NCBI GenBank assembly: GCA_965215015.1
Contig: OZ244042.1
Location: 1,312,001-1,376,000 of the forward strand
DNA length: 64,000 nucleotides
Reading direction: 5' to 3'
DNA from: Candidatus Poribacteria bacterium
GTDB taxonomy: Bacteria > Poribacteria > WGA-4E > PCPOR2b
Part shown: positions 1-10,018 of the stretch, piece by piece
Layout of the letters: every line of letters begins with the position of its first letter
Position numbering within the stretch: position 1 is the first letter of the stretch
The notes under the pieces: model-generated
Databases searched by the model: none
What the model saw: the letters and a program-made list of their open reading frames with translations, nothing else
What the model was told of the DNA's origin: nothing
Program-made: the position numbers and the translations under genes

Positions 1-45
1 TGCCATTTTGGAATCGCTATGGTGGTTTCGTGGAGTAGATTTTTA

Positions 46-262
46 TCAAGCAGCGCGCACATCAACGATCTCCTGCGTCATCTTCAGATACGCTACTGCT
101 TGCTCACGAGATACGATTGGAAAGTCATCAAGGAACTTGTTAAGCGAGTCTCATGCTGGTTAGATGCTGAATCAAACTCTCAACCGAAACGCGGGTGCCA
201 GTGAAAACGAGGGCACCATCCATCACTTTTGAATTTCGCGAAACAATCTGTTCTTTCTTTAT
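46..262 (-). pseudogene. DUF433-family antitoxin pseudogene, followed by a PIN (DUF5615-like) toxin remnant running off the left end
   Basis: Manual translation gives IKKEQIVSRNSKVMDGALVFTGTRVSVESLIQHLTS, then a frameshift to DSLNKFLDDFPIVSREQAVAYLKMTQEIVDVRAA*. Start is ATA; an LLDKNL fragment follows. Confidence 0.75.
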
Positions 263-301
263 TGTGGAGAATCCTTATTAATTCAATATGAGCCTTCCCC
301 T

Positions 302-3300
302 TTAACCGGTCTGAAACCGAAACAAGTTGATGTCCTTCCATGCCACAGGGTATTTTTTTAAATTTTGCATCAACCACCTACGTTCGTGCATTTTCACCTG
401 ATTTGCACGACTGAGCTGGCGTGCTTCTTTGGTAAACTCTCGATTTGTAATGACCATCGGTTGAAAGGTCGTATCGTATTTTTCTTGATAAAACGGCTTT
501 GCCGCAACAATTTCGTTCACCGCCTCACTTCCCGGTTTGCCACCTTCTTTACGCTGTTTGACCTGTATCAGAAGGGCTGACGTTTCGCCTCGATGCGAAT
601 GAGCGATGACATCCGCACCTTTGTCGCCCGAATAGGGTGTTAAGCCAACGCGATATCCATGCTTTTCAAAAAGAGCGGCAACAAAAACCTCGAATGATTG
701 GGGTTCCAATCCGTCAACATCTTCTATCGTTAACGGTGAATCAATTTCTTGCTCAGGTCGAATTGCCTGCAGACGAGTTAGAAGGTCTAGAGGAGTTACT
801 TCGGCTCGTTCCGTTGGGAAGAGCGCACCTTGTGAAAGCTGGCGTTTTCGTTCCAGGAGCTCGTGCAAGATGATGTCAAATGTCTGAAACTCAGAGTGGA
901 TTGCCATTGGCAGGTAGATGTGTACGGGTCGCGTTTGCCCGATGCGGTAGACTCGGTCACTCGCCTGATCTTCTTTGGCAGGATTCCACCAGCGGCTATA
1001 GTGGATGACATGGTTCGCTTCAGTGATATTGAGACCAACGCCAGCAGAGAGGGGAGACATGATGATAGCGTTGAAACCCGAGGTGCCTTGGAAATGATTA
1101 ACCGCTTGCTGACGGCTCATCTTCATTGAACTTTCCCTTTGTGTACTCCCTGGCGTATCACCATTGACGATAGAAACGTTCTTCAAGCCGAACTGTTCTC
1201 GAATAACATTGGCTAAAAGATGTTGGGTCTTTCGACGTTCCGCAAACAGAATCACCTTTTCATCAGCACGAGCGATCTTTTTAAGAAGTTTTACCGTCAC
1301 TATAAGTTTTGCTGATTGTTCGATTAGCGTGTTAATAGGAACTTGATCCCATTGAGAGTCGGTTAACAATGGATGGTCAGAAATGTCGCGCAGCTGATGC
1401 AGCATTTGCAAGATACGGTTACGTGATTGTACCTCTGATGATTCGCTCTCTTGTGTGGCTTGAAGCGCAGCCTGATAGCGTGTTACCTGTTCAGATGGCA
1501 TACTTTCTTGGCACTCTTCGACGTGTATATGTTTTTCGGGAAGTTCATTGAGGATATCAGATTTTAACCGTCTTTTGAGGTGAATGCCGATGCGCTCTCG
1601 AACCTGCTTGCCAAGGGCGCGAATGTCAGTTTCAGGATTCTCAAGGGGAAGGCAAAAGTTACGATTAAAATTTTTCGCACTGTCAAGATAGCCCGGTGCA
1701 ACGAAATCAGTGATACACCACAAATCCATCAATGAGTTTTCGACAGGCGTGCCCGTCAGCGCGAGACGAAAATCGGTTTTGAGTGCTTTCAAGGCGTTTG
1801 TGACGAGCGTTCCCGGCGTCTTAATCCGTTGTGCCTCGTCAATCACAACGGTTGCCCACGGAATCAAGCCTAAATCTAGTTGAAAGTCGCGGACAGTTTC
1901 ATAGGTTGTTAGCACCAGATCGGCGTTTCGGAGGCGTTTGACATCAAGCCTACCGCGTTGTCTGCGTAATTGTGGGGGATGTTCTGCGCCTTCTATTTTT
2001 GGAACGTGGAGGAGAGGTATGTCATCGGGCTCGCACTTGAAGGTTTGTAGCGCCTTTCCGTACAGTGTGACGAAATCTAGCGTGCCTTTGTCGAAAAACT
2101 TTGGATATTCCGCTGCCCAATTTTCTAAAAGCGCGATTGGTGCAACGATCAGGTACGGTTTTCGTTGTGATCCTTGCAAGCGAGATTTCGCGTGATGCCA
2201 TTCCAGAAAACAGAGCACTTGTAAGGTTTTACCAAGCCCCATGTCATCGGCGAGTAATCCACCGGGATATTCTTTCTCCCAAAGTTGCTGTGCCCATGCC
2301 AGTCCTTCCTCCTGATGTGGTAGGAGTTTAAATTCCTGTTTCAGGTTTAGGGGAGGCTCAAGCAGATGTCGAAACGGTTCTTCGATTGAAGCATCAGATG
2401 TTTCAACGTAATCGGGATCATCTATGTTCTCCTCAATGATTAAGACCACGGTTTCCGATTTTTCATCCGGTTTCTTATCCGGTGGGCGTGATGGCTTCTT
2501 CCGGTGTTTGAGTTGCTTTTCGATAAAGGGGAGATGTTGTTCAATCGCGGAAACTAGAAGTTGTTTCCCTTCCCATGTCAGATGGGTTTGATCTGCCCGC
2601 TTTGCTTCCTCAATCGCTTGCTGAAGTTTTTTTAGTTCCGCACCACTTTTAATCTGAATCTTCGTTTGCGTCTCAGTTCCCTCATCAACCAAAATACCGG
2701 GGATCCACTGACTTTTGTAGGGCGAAACGAATGGATAAGCCCTCGGTTGATAGATGCCAATTTCGCGGACACGCTCGCTGAAAGAGGGGGTTTCATCCGT
2801 CGGATCCAGTTCAACAACGTCCGGGTCGAAATATGCCTGTGGTTCTTTTGCAATCTCCGCAAGTTGTTCACGCGATACACGACGATAACGCTTAACAGTT
2901 TGCAAAGCTTCTCGCTGTTCCTCTTGGAAGAGTATACGGGTTCGACTACCGTCAGGTTGGGGCAGATTGTACGTGATTTCAGGGTTCGGAAATTTGTCAA
3001 AAACCGCTTCAAATTTTTCGCTATCAACCCCAGCTACGTCGGGGATGATCTCAACAGTATCCCCCGCTTCGCGCAGGCGTAAGCGAACAGTTTTCGGTGC
3101 GACAGCTTCCTCTCGGTTCAGGTAACGTTCTAACTCAACCCCTGTTTGGTTCGCAAGTCCTTTGATTTTTGCAAATTCGAGCAGATTGGATTGAAAACTT
3201 TTGTCAACTACTTCCCGTCTGTTGAACGCATCCAATTCCTCCAAAAGGATGAACTGTTCGTATGTGAGGAGATATGCCCACTCCTGCGTCAAACGCAATA

Positions 3301-3703
3301 TACAACCGATCCGCTTTGGATGCAACGGCTTTCGATCCGGTTTCAGAAACTGATAATTATACCGAAACTCTGACTCATTGAGTGTGCCGAATGAGCGAAT
3401 CTCAAGGGCGAACGGATACGGTTCTGGTAAATCGAGCAGCTCCTGTTCAACGAAACTGAGGCGACACACCTCATCAGATGGAAGGTGAACCCCCATGCCT
3501 GACGATTCCGCTTGGCCGTTATCGAGCAACTCTTTAAGCAACAGCCATTGTGCCTGTGCTTGATAGTCATCGGTTGGCAGACTGGCTGCGTATTCTAACA
3601 GAGGGTGGTGCTCCGACGGAGCAGTAAACTGAATGCCTGTCGGTGTCTCCTGCCAGTTAAACTGTAGTGATCCAGATTGACTTTTTCGGAATAGATTTAG
3701 CAT
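302..3703 (-). CDS. zorD: Zorya type I ZorD: SNF2 helicase with C-terminal Mrr-like nuclease
   Basis: LADDMGLGKT, DEAQ, LTGTPVEN and QASDRVYRIGQ motifs; C-terminal GDKGADVI...IQVK Mrr motif; downstream of zorABC. Confidence 0.9.
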   Translation of the reverse strand: MLNLFRKSQSGSLQFNWQETPTGIQFTAPSEHHPLLEYAASLPTDDYQAQAQWLLLKELLDNGQAESSGMGVHLPSDEVCRLSFVEQELLDLPEPYPFALEIRSFGTLNESEFRYNYQFLKPDRKPLHPKRIGCILRLTQEWAYLLTYEQFILLEELDAFNRREVVDKSFQSNLLEFAKIKGLANQTGVELERYLNREEAVAPKTVRLRLREAGDTVEIIPDVAGVDSEKFEAVFDKFPNPEITYNLPQPDGSRTRILFQEEQREALQTVKRYRRVSREQLAEIAKEPQAYFDPDVVELDPTDETPSFSERVREIGIYQPRAYPFVSPYKSQWIPGILVDEGTETQTKIQIKSGAELKKLQQAIEEAKRADQTHLTWEGKQLLVSAIEQHLPFIEKQLKHRKKPSRPPDKKPDEKSETVVLIIEENIDDPDYVETSDASIEEPFRHLLEPPLNLKQEFKLLPHQEEGLAWAQQLWEKEYPGGLLADDMGLGKTLQVLCFLEWHHAKSRLQGSQRKPYLIVAPIALLENWAAEYPKFFDKGTLDFVTLYGKALQTFKCEPDDIPLLHVPKIEGAEHPPQLRRQRGRLDVKRLRNADLVLTTYETVRDFQLDLGLIPWATVVIDEAQRIKTPGTLVTNALKALKTDFRLALTGTPVENSLMDLWCITDFVAPGYLDSAKNFNRNFCLPLENPETDIRALGKQVRERIGIHLKRRLKSDILNELPEKHIHVEECQESMPSEQVTRYQAALQATQESESSEVQSRNRILQMLHQLRDISDHPLLTDSQWDQVPINTLIEQSAKLIVTVKLLKKIARADEKVILFAERRKTQHLLANVIREQFGLKNVSIVNGDTPGSTQRESSMKMSRQQAVNHFQGTSGFNAIIMSPLSAGVGLNITEANHVIHYSRWWNPAKEDQASDRVYRIGQTRPVHIYLPMAIHSEFQTFDIILHELLERKRQLSQGALFPTERAEVTPLDLLTRLQAIRPEQEIDSPLTIEDVDGLEPQSFEVFVAALFEKHGYRVGLTPYSGDKGADVIAHSHRGETSALLIQVKQRKEGGKPGSEAVNEIVAAKPFYQEKYDTTFQPMVITNREFTKEARQLSRANQVKMHERRWLMQNLKKYPVAWKDINLFRFQTG

Positions 3704-3827
3704 CCGAACTACCTTACTTCCCGTTCAAAAGTGTGATGACATCGAGAGCAAGTAATTCTTAACCGGTGTCCCACTGTAGGGGTTCGCAACCCCTGTCCAC
3801 AATTGGGGCAATAAAATACCTCATCGT

Positions 3828-5216
3828 TTAATAACTTCGGACCGGCTCAATTCCGAGATTACTTCTTAACCACGAGGCAAGATCCCTTTGCCAAGAATAA
3901 TTCTCTGAATTGCGGTGAATCACACGATGGTCAGCCCGTGGTTGATCTCGCAACTCAGTTATATGATACTCTGAGTCACTTAATCGAAAGGGAAGATTAG
4001 CGTTGTTATAGACATAGCAAGCCGCCGCTGTACTAAACTCAACAAAGGTATAATTGTCTATCTGAATGATAAAAGCGTGCTGGCTGCTGTTACCCCCCGT
4101 CAATATGGCAGGCCGTCGTTCGCGGTAGTATTGAAGGGCTTGTGGGTCGTTCCTAAAAAGGTATTCAGCATCTCTACGCAACATAGGACGGCAGAGAGAA
4201 ATGTGCTCGAGATATGCCAACCAAAACGCTCTTCGATAGGCAAATTTCTGGTCGTCACAGGCTCGGGCAACGACATCGAAGAAGAAGCGGAGATCTTCTT
4301 TTGTAATCCATCTTGTAAAGATTTGTTTTGCTTCATCGGAGACAGCACGCCAGCGCACATCCCCGCCAGTAAGGCGTGGGTCGCCCCATTCTCGAAGGGC
4401 GTAGGATTGAAGGGGTTGCCGCAAGTGTTCAGATGCCTCAAACCCAAGTCTCTCAATGAGTTTTGACAAGATGGAACGAGCCGTTTTGTCATTATTGTGT
4501 TTCTCAACAAATTCAATGACATCTGCAACAGTCTCCGGGGCAGCGCGGTGATTGAGCGCAATATATGCGGTCGCGACTGCACCAAAGTAGGAATAGCTAT
4601 GCATATAGTCAGGTAATTCGAGATATGACCAGGCATCCGACAACTTCACTCGTGAACGCAGCAGCTTCATCGCAAGCTGGGTCGCACTGTTCTCCTCGCA
4701 ATACCACCTCATATTTGCTCTCAGTCTCTGAACAAATGTCCGACGGCCCTCATAATCGGTCAGATGCCGTTTGACAAACTTACGTAGCCTCCATGCATTC
4801 TGTGCGTCCCAGGCTTGCAGCAGAGCATCAAAAACGCCGAGCAGGGCACTGATGCAAAAACGGTTTTCGATTAACTGAAGGGCATTCCCCAATTGCAGTC
4901 TATTATCCACAATTCGTCGATCAAAAGGCTGTTGATTTTCGGAGTAGATCAATGCCCATGCGAGTTTTCGTGCCCGTGATAATGTATCAAACTCCGTGCG
5001 GAGTCTCCTGGTTCCATGGGCGGTGATGAAGAGACGATAAACCTGACGCAGATCTTCTCTGTTGGGTAGTTCGTTCCTCCTGTCACCATGGTGTCTGATA
5101 ATTTCTTCCAAACTCCGCCGGTTCTGTTGGGAGATTCCAATCGGTTGCGGCGCACGACGAGCGGATGCCTCAGCATTAAAACGATTGAAATCGAGTAATT
5201 CTTTAGCGGTTCTCAC
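3828..5216 (-). CDS. zorC: Zorya ZorC (EH_signature domain)
   Basis: WGDPR...W, RRAFWLAY, FVEFS..AACYVY, H....WQ motifs. Likely GTG start at 5216 after GGAGGG (ORF track starts at 5255). Confidence 0.85.
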   Translation of the reverse strand: MRTAKELLDFNRFNAEASARRAPQPIGISQQNRRSLEEIIRHHGDRRNELPNREDLRQVYRLFITAHGTRRLRTEFDTLSRARKLAWALIYSENQQPFDRRIVDNRLQLGNALQLIENRFCISALLGVFDALLQAWDAQNAWRLRKFVKRHLTDYEGRRTFVQRLRANMRWYCEENSATQLAMKLLRSRVKLSDAWSYLELPDYMHSYSYFGAVATAYIALNHRAAPETVADVIEFVEKHNNDKTARSILSKLIERLGFEASEHLRQPLQSYALREWGDPRLTGGDVRWRAVSDEAKQIFTRWITKEDLRFFFDVVARACDDQKFAYRRAFWLAYLEHISLCRPMLRRDAEYLFRNDPQALQYYRERRPAILTGGNSSQHAFIIQIDNYTFVEFSTAAACYVYNNANLPFRLSDSEYHITELRDQPRADHRVIHRNSENYSWQRDLASWLRSNLGIEPVRSY

Positions 5217-5949
5217 GGTTTCCCTCCAATAATTTGTCAAGTTGCTTTTCTGCATTTGTCCGCACTCTAAACTCTACTCTTCTCGATTCAACTCTATCTT
5301 CTGTACCATCCAGACGGAAAATCAACTTGCTTGAAGATAAGCCGTTGGCAGTCAAGTACCGCTTTAGCCAATCTCTATTTCCGCTAATTTCAGGTATCTG
5401 AAGCACATATTCAAGAACACTTCTTGTTCTGTCCTGTGATAACTCCATGTTGTGAATATAAGCTTCCTCTTCGCTGACCTCCTCAGACCATTCGCTTGAT
5501 GTGTGCCCCTCAATCCGAATTTCTGCGATGTCGTTACTATATTTGAGCTTTCCATCACTGTCTTTGGACTCTCTTAAAATCCTGATATAGCGTGGAAAAA
5601 AGTCATCCAATATCGTATTGAAATATGGGCGTACTTCCGCTGCCCCTGGTTCAAATAGCACTCTGGGCTCTCTGAAACGAACAGAAATCTTTTCTCTATC
5701 CAGGACCGCCTTCCATGTTTCAAGGTCTCTTTCAAATTCGCTTTTGAGGTCAAGATATAAATCTTCCCGTAGCTTCATGTAAGTTTGAACAATTTCCAGC
5801 AGACGCTTCTCTTTCTCAGTTAAATTCAACATGAGGAAGGAAAGCAGAAGTACGAAGATCAGCAGCAGCCCTGCCATCAAATCTCCCAGTGAAAGGTTGA
5901 ATGGGTTTTCATCTGTGAGTGTTTTGGATTTAGGGGGTGTTCTTCGCAT
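5203..5949 (-). CDS. zorB: Zorya ZorB (MotB/OmpA-like)
   Basis: N-terminal TM helix with DLMAGL; IEGHTS, LSQDR and SRRVEFRV OmpA peptidoglycan-binding motifs. Confidence 0.9.
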   Translation of the reverse strand: MRRTPPKSKTLTDENPFNLSLGDLMAGLLLIFVLLLSFLMLNLTEKEKRLLEIVQTYMKLREDLYLDLKSEFERDLETWKAVLDREKISVRFREPRVLFEPGAAEVRPYFNTILDDFFPRYIRILRESKDSDGKLKYSNDIAEIRIEGHTSSEWSEEVSEEEAYIHNMELSQDRTRSVLEYVLQIPEISGNRDWLKRYLTANGLSSSKLIFRLDGTEDRVESRRVEFRVRTNAEKQLDKLLEGNRENR

Positions 5950-5960
5950 TAGCTACTACC

Positions 5961-7913
5961 TCACCGACGGGGTGGCCTTTCAATCATATCGGTCAAAATC
6001 TCAACATTTTCGCCGAGAGCTTCAACGCTGCCCGCAAGTGCTGTTGAGGCCAGTGTTAACTGATTGGAGAAGTCAATAAGATACGTATTGATAGATTCGC
6101 GTGCGGTTGTGGCGTACCCATTCATGCCCCTCTCAATTTCCGCAAAAATGCCCTGCAACCCGTTGTCAATCGTTCGGAAGCGTTGCACGGAGTCGTTGAG
6201 AAGCTGTTGGGACTGGCCAAGTACGTTTTGAATCTGGGTCGTTGTTTCACGATTTGCTATGAGATAGCTTTTATTCTCTCGGTTAAAGGCATTGCTTGCC
6301 TGTGTCAGGTTTGTCCCCGCGCTTTCAAGTCGCGTTGCTCCTTCCCTCAACCGCTCTGATAAAGTTTTAGTTGTATCGATTAGTTGACGGACGCTAATAA
6401 CACTTGCGTTCATCTGTTCCAATATTTCCCGACTTCTTGTCAGCGTCGCCTGTGAGTTTGTTATCTGTGCGTTGAAGGCTTTGATCTGAGTGCCTTGTTG
6501 TTGTAAAAGTTTGTTAATACTCTCTTCAGCACCTCGAACGCTTTTTTCGAGTTGGGTAGTAGCCCGATCAACGAGTTCTTTCATGTGACCTGTTGCCTTA
6601 GTAGAGGCCTGTCTCGTTTCTACAGTGATCTCGCTAATCGTGCGTTGCTGTTCACTGACTGTTGAAGCGATTGCTTTTCCTAATTTGTCAATTGCTGTTT
6701 CAAGTGTTTGAATACTCTGGTTAGAAATCGCCTTCAAACCCGCCTGCTGTGCATTAATCGTTCCTTGGAATGTGTTGAGCATTCTGTCCACCATCTGTTC
6801 CATCTGACCGGGTAAGTTCATCAAACTTTGACTCACACTGCCAACCGTTCTTGCAAGTTCTTCCATTTGTGCTGTTACCGATCCTGAAATTGACCCTTGG
6901 AATTCCTCAACCAATTGTCGAATAGCATCTGTGGAAGATTCCTCTTTTTGCTCGCGCAATTCTTTGACGGCTGTGTTCAGGTTATTGAGACTCGGTGTCA
7001 ACTGTTCTGCCATCGCACTGCTGAAAGCCTCAGGGGCACTGTGTAGTTCCTGAATAATCTCTCGTCTTCCCTCCGCGTTCTGCTCGCGCAATTGCGTCAG
7101 ACTCTGATGCAAATTCTTCAGTCTTTCGGACATAATATTATCCATTGCAATTTTAATTCTGTCTGCCAAATCCGTCGAAAATGATTTGAGTGCCGCTGTT
7201 TGTTGCTCAAGTTCGTCTTGTTGACGTATTGCGATCTCCTCTCCCCTTGTCAGCGTAAATATCTGATCGAGGGCGCGTTGCAGATTCACAATTGCCCGAC
7301 TCACGCTACTAATGCCCCACTTCTCCAACCCGTTAAACCAGAATGAAGCGAACATTCCCCAAACGGAGGTCACAAACGCAGTTGATACCCCCGATAGGAG
7401 CTCTTTAATCGCTTCCCGAATCTCATTCGTATCTGTGAAATCAACATCGGAAAAAGGTATCAACCCCCAGACCATGCCGACAAAGGTGCCGAGAATACCT
7501 AAACCAACCAATAGGGCGGGCACACTATTCCAAAATCGAAGGTTCAAATGTTGCTCTAACAGGCGTTCTTCGCTGAAGAAAAGCGATGCCTCATCCGTTT
7601 TATACACAATCTGATTTTCATTGTGGCTTCGTGTAATGAGTGAATCCTCAAATTCCTGCCACGCGTCAGCGAGTTCCGTGTTGCGATTAAATTTCCCCGT
7701 TAATTCCTGTTTAATTGAGGGGGGATCAGATCTGCTGTATTGACCTATTTCTTTCGTTAAACTGTCAATTAACCTGCGTCGGCGGGAAGTTTTCACCCCA
7801 AACCAAATTCCCGATACGATAGCGCATAAAACAATGACGGAGATAAAACTGTCCGTAATCCAGTTGATAGGACCCCACCACCAAGGGAGGAGTAAGTTAA
7901 GAAATTCAGTCAT
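5961..7913 (-). CDS. zorA: Zorya ZorA (MotA-like TM domain plus long coiled-coil tail)
   Basis: GILGTFVG and TAFVTSVWG MotA/ExbB-type TM motifs, then about 430 aa of helical tail. Confidence 0.9.
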   Translation of the reverse strand: MTEFLNLLLPWWWGPINWITDSFISVIVLCAIVSGIWFGVKTSRRRRLIDSLTKEIGQYSRSDPPSIKQELTGKFNRNTELADAWQEFEDSLITRSHNENQIVYKTDEASLFFSEERLLEQHLNLRFWNSVPALLVGLGILGTFVGMVWGLIPFSDVDFTDTNEIREAIKELLSGVSTAFVTSVWGMFASFWFNGLEKWGISSVSRAIVNLQRALDQIFTLTRGEEIAIRQQDELEQQTAALKSFSTDLADRIKIAMDNIMSERLKNLHQSLTQLREQNAEGRREIIQELHSAPEAFSSAMAEQLTPSLNNLNTAVKELREQKEESSTDAIRQLVEEFQGSISGSVTAQMEELARTVGSVSQSLMNLPGQMEQMVDRMLNTFQGTINAQQAGLKAISNQSIQTLETAIDKLGKAIASTVSEQQRTISEITVETRQASTKATGHMKELVDRATTQLEKSVRGAEESINKLLQQQGTQIKAFNAQITNSQATLTRSREILEQMNASVISVRQLIDTTKTLSERLREGATRLESAGTNLTQASNAFNRENKSYLIANRETTTQIQNVLGQSQQLLNDSVQRFRTIDNGLQGIFAEIERGMNGYATTARESINTYLIDFSNQLTLASTALAGSVEALGENVEILTDMIERPPRR

Positions 7914-8264
7914 ATAAGTTACCTAATTAAATGTTTTCGGGTCTTTCTCGGTTATCTCAGATTTCAGGTCTGCACAGTGATTATGGTTGTGTCAGAGTGG
8001 AGAAGGGGCTCGCCTTCGTATCAGTGGCCCGGCAAACCCCAGCAGATAGGTTTGGGTTGTTGATAAGAGACCTCCCTAGCTTACGCTTGGAAATCTATCA
8101 ATAGTCCACTCATGTTCAGAAATCGTGCAAAGAATTTGAATTTTTCCGAAAAAAACTCGGAGTCAAATACCAATCGTGTTGGACTTCCGGTGTTTGGTAA
8201 ATTGAGCCAAAACTGTCGGGCGATATTCCGTGTATCTTTGCTCTGTACTTTCTTTTGACATGAA

Positions 8265-8416
8265 TAGGACCTACGCAGTTGAAGGCTCGAAGCCAACCCT
8301 CTGCAAGCGGGAGAGAACCATCCCCCTCTAAGCCCCCCCGCAAGCGGGGGGATGGGTCGCAAGAGAGGGGGAACTCAATGAATTGCGCGGCTGCCAGCTG
8401 GAGTGCGTAACTCCTG
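8265..8416. mobile_element. MITE-like element with 13-bp TIR and 5-bp target duplication
   Basis: TAGGACCTACGCA...TGCGTAACTCCTG flanked by ATGAA on both sides. Confidence 0.8.
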
Positions 8417-8423
8417 ATGAACC

Positions 8424-9305
8424 TCAATTTCTTATGATTCCAACTTCGATAGCGGTGTCAAGGATCGGTTTATACATAGAATTATCGGCGGGGATGAACT
8501 TAGCCCTCGGAAAAGCGTTAAGTATGGCTGGGTCCGTGATGTCAATAAGGGCTTGCTGAACCTTCTTGATGAATCCTTCGCCATAAGTTTGTTCCACATC
8601 GCCGCGAATTGTCCAGTTATAGTCTGGGTACGGGGGGGTGCGCCAGATGACCTGCACCTTTTTTGGATCTACTTTGCCCGCCTCAACCTCCTTGAGCCAA
8701 ACTTTGAAATTCATTGCCCCGACCTCATAGCTACCGGCTTGAACCAGAGCCAGGGTTTTGGAATGGTCGCCACTGAAGCCGACACGCTTGAAAGCCTCAC
8801 GCGGTGCCTTCCCTCCAAATGCCTGTCGGATGAAATATTCGGGCATGAGGCGGCCTGAGGTGGATCCCTTAGAACCGAAAGTGAATGTCTTGTCTGCGAT
8901 GGCTTTCGGGAATTCCTCAGAGAATGACAATCCTGTACTCGTATTGGCGATGAAATAGGAAATGAAGTCCGGATCTTCTGTGCCTTGCGCGATAGCGACC
9001 GAGTTCGGAACAGCGATCCGGGCTTGGACGCCTGACAACCCACCGAACCAAGCCAATTGAACTTCGTTGTTCTTGAACGCCTGAACCGATGCACTGTAGG
9101 ATTTCACAGGTATGTACTTCACCGTGATGCCCAATTCCTTTGAAAGGTAACCGGCTATCTTGCCGAAACGCTCTTGCAGCCGAGTGGTATCCTGATCGGG
9201 AATAGCGGTGAATGTAAAATCGGCACCCCATGCCGATACAGTTGACAAAGTCGCAACTAACAATAATGTAACGAATTGATGATATACTTTCAAAATTGGT
9301 TTCAT
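8424..9305 (-). CDS. PhnD/PtxB-family (putative selenate/phosphonate) ABC substrate-binding protein
   Basis: Signal peptide; FTAIPDQD, FGSKGSTSGRLMP, SGDHSKT and TPPYPDYNW motifs. Confidence 0.8.
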   Translation of the reverse strand: MKPILKVYHQFVTLLLVATLSTVSAWGADFTFTAIPDQDTTRLQERFGKIAGYLSKELGITVKYIPVKSYSASVQAFKNNEVQLAWFGGLSGVQARIAVPNSVAIAQGTEDPDFISYFIANTSTGLSFSEEFPKAIADKTFTFGSKGSTSGRLMPEYFIRQAFGGKAPREAFKRVGFSGDHSKTLALVQAGSYEVGAMNFKVWLKEVEAGKVDPKKVQVIWRTPPYPDYNWTIRGDVEQTYGEGFIKKVQQALIDITDPAILNAFPRAKFIPADNSMYKPILDTAIEVGIIRN

Positions 9306-9428
9306 TTGAATATTTTCTTTCCTCCGATAACTTTAACCTTGGTTGATAGCTATTAACAATCGCGATGAGTAGATAGGGGCTTTTCCCTAAATTTAACGCA
9401 AAGACGCGCCCCCTAAGAACCCAAGAAC

Positions 9429-9457
9429 CCCCCTCTATCCCCCCGCAAGCAGGGGGA
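9429..9457. repeat. REP-like palindrome CCCCCTCT(A)..CCCCCCGCAAGC(A/G)GGGGGA
   Basis: Near-identical copies at about 8322-8351 and, reversed, about 32810-32840. Confidence 0.7.
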
Positions 9458-10018
9458 GGAGGGGCGATGCCGTTGCCCTCCCAAGGGAATGCTTACGACA
9501 TCATGGATTCACAGGTGCATCGGGATTGGAACAAGAAACCAAACCGGAACCTTCCCTTATGAAGAGGAAGACGGTTCCCTCATTTTCTTTTTTTTTGCGT
9601 CTTAGCCCCCTTGCGTCCAAGTGTTTTATTATAAGCCAGTAATGACTTATCCCCTTAAAAATATAAACGGTATAAAGATTGATGCGATTGTTTATACCGT
9701 TACCAAAACCGATTATGTGCGTCGAGCAGAGAGAATCGATACACATGTTCCTGATGAAATTGCACTATCAAGTCATCTTATCACATCTGAGCAAAAAAAA
9801 TCAAAGCGAATTATGCTGTCAATGTTCATAAATTATGTCCTTGTGTGATGGACATCATGATAGAATGTTTCATTCGTGCTTGTGACGTGAATCGCAGCGA
9901 TAAGTGGCGGAGTTCCACGCATTATTGTCGTTGCCGGCAGCGACAAAAATCCCTTGACTTTAACCTGCCACTCATGTATTATGTCCGAATCTCAGATGAG
10001 GGGCAAAGGATTTGAGCT

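Noticed and set aside
8005-8040. GC-rich hairpin upstream of zorA as a riboswitch
   Set aside because: No recognisable aptamer consensus; one stem is insufficient
9900-9950. GTGGCGGAGTTCCAC resembling a fluoride riboswitch start
   Set aside because: The 3' pseudoknot half is not evident and no fluoride-related gene follows
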